Of a DNA stretch of 32,000 nucleotides, positions 27,741 through 32,000 are shown piece by piece. A program made the translations under genes and the position numbers. Under the pieces are notes generated by a model, which made no database searches, had not been told where the DNA came from, and was given only the letters and a program-made list of their open reading frames with translations. Every line of letters begins with the position of its first letter. The stretch's first letter is position 1. Source of the DNA: Candidatus Kuenenia stuttgartensis (GTDB lineage Bacteria; Planctomycetota; Brocadiia; Brocadiales; Brocadiaceae); NCBI RefSeq assembly GCF_900232105.1, contig NZ_LT934425.1:3360001-3392000 (forward strand), in the 5' to 3' direction.

Positions 27741-27764
27741 AGAGACAACACATGCGTTGTCTCT
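27741..27764. repeat. Small perfect hairpin agagacaac-N6-gttgtctct
   Basis: 9-bp arms; related in style to agagacaggtt-tca-aacctgtctct at 16027-16051. Confidence 0.8.
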
Positions 27765-27767
27765 GTT

Positions 27768-28391
27768 TTAATATAATAGCGTCTTTGTAATCTGGTTGGC
27801 GACAAACTGAGAATAACGTCTCATGGAAAGCAGGATAAGCTTCCAGCCGTAGAGAGCGCTTTTTTGGTGGGTGCTTTCAAAGTAATATTTTACCAGTTCT
27901 GCGACTTCATTTTCGTTGCTGTCATATACACCGTCCGCGCTCCATAAAACTGTGCCGGTATCGGTGGAAACCATTCCTGCTTTAACACCAAGCAGCATTG
28001 GTTCATAGGGACGATAGTGAGTAATGGCGCCAAAAACAATGGCGTCAACGTCGTATTTTTTCCTTAATTGCAATACAGTGTTGAGATTGATAGACCCTTT
28101 ATCCCATATCTTATTTTCCGATAACATTTTTGCCTTTCCTTCAAGTACAACAACTTCAAATCTGCCTATTTTCCTCAGCTCTACAGAAAATGCCTCTGCA
28201 ATTTCATCGATAACGGCTTCCCGGTCGATGGTGTATTCAAAGGGCAAAAGCAATACCCGTTGCAAATGGGTTACTCTTAATTCTTCGGATTTGTTATAAC
28301 TCAATCCTGAATACCGGGTAATTTTAGGGCTGCTTATACAACCGGAAAGAAGGATTAAAAATATGATACTTACGCTGATTCTACGATACAC
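27768..28391 (-). CDS. Lipoprotein of unknown function (possible CsgG/LpoB-like fold)
   Basis: From GTG 28391: MYRRISVSIIFLILLSGCISSP with lipobox LLSGC and a GGAGG ribosome-binding site; RVLLLPFEY...YDVDAIVFGAITHYRPYEP...DTGTVLWSADGVYD. The tracked start at 28499 runs into upstream tandem repeats. Confidence 0.7.
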   Translation of the reverse strand: MYRRISVSIIFLILLSGCISSPKITRYSGLSYNKSEELRVTHLQRVLLLPFEYTIDREAVIDEIAEAFSVELRKIGRFEVVVLEGKAKMLSENKIWDKGSINLNTVLQLRKKYDVDAIVFGAITHYRPYEPMLLGVKAGMVSTDTGTVLWSADGVYDSNENEVAELVKYYFESTHQKSALYGWKLILLSMRRYSQFVANQITKTLLY

Positions 28392-28438
28392 AAACACCTC
28401 CAGATGCGTTATAAAAAATAGTGGCTGTTCACAATCCG

Positions 28439-28493
28439 CAATCTCCAATCTCCAATCTGCAATTTGCTGACTGCTGACTGCCGACTGCCGACT
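28439..28493. repeat. Two adjacent 7-bp tandem arrays (caatctc x3; gctgact/gccgact x4)
   Basis: Directly visible: caatctccaatctccaatctg and gctgactgctgactgccgactgccgact. Confidence 0.95.
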
Positions 28494-28537
28494 GTTCACT
28501 CCACCCTACACTATTTTTAAAGAGATTTACACGTCAT

Positions 28538-29059
28538 TTACTGGTTTTTCTTTTTATCTACCAGTAATTCTATCTTTAGGCCAACAAGCTCTTGTTTCGC
28601 TTTTGTTTCCTCGAGCCTTGACCTGGCTAATTCCAGGGTCAGTTCTTTAATTTTATCCTCATAAGGCGCCTGTGCGTTCACAAGTTGTTTTCTAAGTTGT
28701 TCATTTTCCTGTTGAAGTGTTTCCAGAAACTGCAATTGCCGCTCGTTTTCTTCAATCTTGTATTCAAGCATCTTGCGAATTTCCCTTTGCTCTGCTATTT
28801 CTTTTTCGAGTGAAGCGACCTTTTCTTTTTCCGTTGTAAGGTTTTTGTTTGCCTGATCAAGCTGTTCCAGGATAGAGAGTCTATTGGTTTTGTAGCCGGT
28901 ATCTATTTTTACGGTAGCCCCTTCTGTAAGATAGCCACTGCTTTTGGGTGGAGGGGGCGGTGGTTCCGTTGAAAGCGAAGAGTTCATAATGCTTTCACAA
29001 CCAAGGCAGGTTAAGAGCATAAAAGATAACAGAGAAAGTAAAAATAAAAATTTCTGCAT
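28538..29059 (-). CDS. Coiled-coil lipoprotein of unknown function
   Basis: MQKFLFLLSLLSFMLLTCLGCESI (lipobox CLGC), poly-Pro linker EPPPPPPKSS, then long heptad-rich coiled coil. Confidence 0.8.
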   Translation of the reverse strand: MQKFLFLLSLLSFMLLTCLGCESIMNSSLSTEPPPPPPKSSGYLTEGATVKIDTGYKTNRLSILEQLDQANKNLTTEKEKVASLEKEIAEQREIRKMLEYKIEENERQLQFLETLQQENEQLRKQLVNAQAPYEDKIKELTLELARSRLEETKAKQELVGLKIELLVDKKKNQ

Positions 29060-29091
29060 GGTGTATTCCTTAATTAATGTAAAATCTTATC

Positions 29092-29167
29092 TGTAGGGGC
29101 TAAGCATTTGCCAGTTTTGGCAGGAGCGCATTTATGACAATTTATAGCAAATGCTTCGGCTCCTACA
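29092..29167. repeat. Imperfect ~22-bp inverted repeat, REP-like
   Basis: tgtaggggctaagcatttgcc against tagcaaatgcttcggctcctaca. Confidence 0.75.
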
Positions 29168-29375
29168 CTGAGGAAAATAATACCAAAATAGTGGCGCAAA
29201 TAGAATGCCTTAAATAGTACCGGCAGGGTATTGCCTTGTCATTTGGTTGGAAATATTTTTTAATTGTTTCAAAAATAGACACTTATGATATTATTCAAGT
29301 CTTGTATTGAAATCTTCATTCCTGCATTTCGTGACGGCGGAAAAAACATCAATGGTGAAATATTTTCCGGTTTTT

Positions 29376-30062
29376 TTATAAAGGCAATTTTTTCTCCTGT
29401 CCTGAAAAGGGATTATTTTTGACTAAGAGGTCTTTAAGGGTGCGTGTTGCCTGCGTTATATTTTCACTGCAAATAATTGCAGAACAAATAGCAATCCTGT
29501 TTCCGCCCGCCTGTATTATTTCAGCCGCGTTGTTGGCGGTAATGCCGCCAATCACTACAAAAGGAAGAGAAATTTCCTGACGTACCTGCTGCAAATAGCG
29601 TAGGCCTACGGGGGGCTCATGGGATTTTGTGGCGGTATAAAATAAGGGACCAACGCTAATATAGTCAGCGCCTTCCTGTTCTGCCAGGCGTGCCTGGAAT
29701 ATGTTGTGTGTGGAGCGTCCGATTATTTTGTCATTTCCAATGATTTTGCGTGCGTTATTGATGTTCATATCTGTCTGCCCGATATGTAATCCATCTGCAT
29801 TTACTTTTCCGGCGATTTTCGCCCGGTCATTTATGATAAATAGTGTATTTGTTTGTCCGGTTATTTCCCTGAAATCTTTTGCAATGGCAAGGAATTCATT
29901 GTCTGGCATTGTTTTTTCCCTGAGTTGTACCGCATCTGCGCCACCCCGGATAACTTCCTGCAGGATGTTTCCTCCGTTTTTCCGTACCAGCGTGGGGCTT
30001 ATTATGACATACAGGAGGACATCCGAAAATCTTTTTTTATATTTTATCGTACTATTCTTCAT
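29376..30062 (-). CDS. thiE: Thiamine-phosphate synthase
   Basis: GGADAVQLREKTM, LFIINDRAKIAGKVNADGLHIGQTDM, IIGRSTHN, GADYISVGPLFYTATK, PFVVIGGITANNAAEII. Confidence 0.96.
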   Translation of the reverse strand: MKNSTIKYKKRFSDVLLYVIISPTLVRKNGGNILQEVIRGGADAVQLREKTMPDNEFLAIAKDFREITGQTNTLFIINDRAKIAGKVNADGLHIGQTDMNINNARKIIGNDKIIGRSTHNIFQARLAEQEGADYISVGPLFYTATKSHEPPVGLRYLQQVRQEISLPFVVIGGITANNAAEIIQAGGNRIAICSAIICSENITQATRTLKDLLVKNNPFSGQEKKLPL

Positions 30063-30476
30063 GTACCCGCTCCTGAGACATAATTATAATATTGACACTA
30101 AACGTATGTTTGATATAATTTCTTTTCGTTACCAAACCTGCCGAAAAATTCAATTATTTGCATCTCTTAGTGAACAATCTTCAAAACAAATTGACGCATA
30201 TTAATGACACAAAACAACTGATTATTGTTAAAAAAATTGTGCAGAGGATAATATTCCAATGCCACAATTCCTGCCCTGTACGGAAAAATGTCAGCATTAA
30301 AGAACAGCGTTTTTCTCTTTTTCCTCATTTTAAGCAATATTTTATATAATACTGGTTTGTGCATGGAATTTCAAAGGAATCGTAAGATGCCCTCCCTCAA
30401 AGGGAGGATTCGTAAATTTAAAATCGTAAATGGATTTTTATAAAATACTTAACAATTTTAACGGGCTTATAGATAA

Positions 30477-31904
30477 ATGGGTTACATAAAAGAACATTGT
30501 GGTTTGTTTGGTGTTTACGGCTGTGAAGATGCTGTTGAGAAGGTGTATTATGGGTTATATTCTTTACAGCACCGTGGGGAGGAAAGCGCCGGGATTGCCT
30601 CAACGGATGGCAAAGATATCATTTGCCGTAAAGGAATGGGGTTGATCAGTGACGCCCTGGATGCCCGTATGCTTAAATTCTTAAAAAACCCCGTTGCGAT
30701 CGGGCATGTGCGATATTCTACTTTTGGTTCGAGCAATATTGAAAATGCACAGCCTATGCTGGTGGATTATTATCGGGGGAAAGTGGCAATTGCCCATAAT
30801 GGACAATTGACTAATGCAAAAAAACTGCGGGATGAGTTTGAAGGAAATGGGTCGATATTCCATACAACTTCTGACACTGAAGTAATTGTGCACCTGATGG
30901 CGAAGCCTTCGGTTTCAAGGCAAAGCGGGCTGCCAGGCGTATTAAATCAACTGAAAGGGGCATTTTCATTGTTGATTTTAACCCCAAATGAGATGATTGG
31001 AGTACGTGATCCGTATGGCTTCAGGCCGCTTTCTTTGGGAAAACTTAATAACGGATATGTTTTTGCTTCTGAAACATGTGCCCTTGACCAGATCGGCGCA
31101 GAATACGTTCGGGATGTGCAGCCGGGGGAAATAGTCTCTATAAGTAAAGGCGGCCTTCGCAGTGAATTTTATAGTAATCAAAAAAAACATGCCTTCTGTA
31201 TATTTGAATTGGTGTATTTTTCCCGACCCGATAGCAGCGTGTACGGGGAAAGCGTCCATTTGTTCCGTAAGAAATTAGGCGCGAAGCTTACGGAAGAGTC
31301 GCCTGTTGATGCTGACGTGGTAATTTCCGTGCCGGAAGGGGGAAATTCCGCAGCAATTGGATATTCGCACGCCGCATCAATACCTTTTGACAGAGGTTTT
31401 ATCAGAAACCATTATGTTGGAAGGACTTTCATCCTGCCTCAGCAAGATATGAGACATCGTTTTGTCGAGCTGAAATTAAATCCGCTGAAAGAGACAGTGG
31501 CTGGGAAACGTGTTATTGTAATAGATGATTCGATTGTGCGGGGTACTACCTCGAAATCCAGGTTTGGTTTATTAAGAAAAGCAGGTGCGAAGGAAATACA
31601 CGCGAGGATTAGTTGTCCGCCCCACAGGCATCCCTGTTATTATGGAATTGATTTTCAGCAAAAAGGCGAACTTATTGCAGCCAATAAAACGGTTGAAGAG
31701 ACAAGAAAATTTTTGAATGTAGAGAGCCTGAGTTATCTTAGCGTGGAAGGAATGATGAGCTGTACCACACAGCCGAGGCAGAATTTCTGCAACGCTTGTT
31801 TCACCAGTGATTATCCAACAAACGTTAATGAAGAAATGGATAATGTAACGGATAGTTTTTCCGTTGATGAAGCGGAAAGATTGAGCCGATGTGTAATTAA
31901 ATAA
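30477..31904 (+). CDS. purF: Amidophosphoribosyltransferase
   Basis: EHCGLFGVYG (N-terminal nucleophile Cys after short propeptide), YSLQHRGEESAGIA, VIVIDDSIVRGTTSK PRPP motif; Cys positions FCIFE / HPCYYGID / FCNACF fit the Fe-S type. Confidence 0.98.
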   Translation: MGYIKEHCGLFGVYGCEDAVEKVYYGLYSLQHRGEESAGIASTDGKDIICRKGMGLISDALDARMLKFLKNPVAIGHVRYSTFGSSNIENAQPMLVDYYRGKVAIAHNGQLTNAKKLRDEFEGNGSIFHTTSDTEVIVHLMAKPSVSRQSGLPGVLNQLKGAFSLLILTPNEMIGVRDPYGFRPLSLGKLNNGYVFASETCALDQIGAEYVRDVQPGEIVSISKGGLRSEFYSNQKKHAFCIFELVYFSRPDSSVYGESVHLFRKKLGAKLTEESPVDADVVISVPEGGNSAAIGYSHAASIPFDRGFIRNHYVGRTFILPQQDMRHRFVELKLNPLKETVAGKRVIVIDDSIVRGTTSKSRFGLLRKAGAKEIHARISCPPHRHPCYYGIDFQQKGELIAANKTVEETRKFLNVESLSYLSVEGMMSCTTQPRQNFCNACFTSDYPTNVNEEMDNVTDSFSVDEAERLSRCVIK

Positions 31905-32000
31905 ACTCCCCCCTTGGATTATAGGCAAATGTATTTCATAAATCCCCTCTATCTGGTAAAAGGTATATTTGGCAGAACATTTTATATCTTTCCGGAACGA

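Noticed and set aside
27257-27805. Several 60-75 aa ORFs upstream of the RT gene
   Set aside because: They most likely fall in the structured non-coding domains I-III of the group II intron. The protein sequences look non-natural.
30391-30407. cctccct-caa-agggagg hairpin upstream of purF as a riboswitch or PurR site
   Set aside because: The arms are only 7 bp. The sequence resembles the dispersed cccctccc repeat core, and no purine-riboswitch features are seen.

Overview
The window is almost entirely coded on the minus strand (about 717-30062) and has four parts. (1) Left edge, 1-1215: toxin-antitoxin (TA) genes, namely a HigA-like antitoxin (+) and a HicB/HicA pair (-). (2) 1229-14392: a tightly packed minus-strand glycan-modification island. 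It has five glycosyltransferases, four sulfotransferase-like proteins, an ABC-exporter-like membrane protein whose nucleotide-binding domain has lost its catalytic motifs, and a probable beta-propeller protein. A HepT/MntA (HEPN/MNT) TA pair sits between two paralogous glycosyltransferases. (3) 14631-25124: a flagellar rod/ring/hook locus in the order fliK-flgD-flgE-[VapBC-like TA]-flgF-flgG-flgA-flgH-flgI. It is interrupted by a TA module, a MITE-like element with perfect 26-bp inverted ends, and two related GC-rich repeats located inside or at the start of reading frames. (4) 25.8-32 kb: a group II intron with reverse transcriptase/maturase and a recognisable domain V, two lipoprotein genes, thiE, and purF (+). 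The gene content and repeat style suggest a Planctomycetes/anammox-like genome, which is inference only. The most interesting candidates are the sulfated-glycan island with its pseudo-ABC transporter, the MITE-like element between flgI and flgH, the poly-G/C-containing repeat in flgA and fliK, a G8 tract at the ribosome-binding position of a sulfotransferase, and an inverted glycosyltransferase tail remnant abutting the HigA start.
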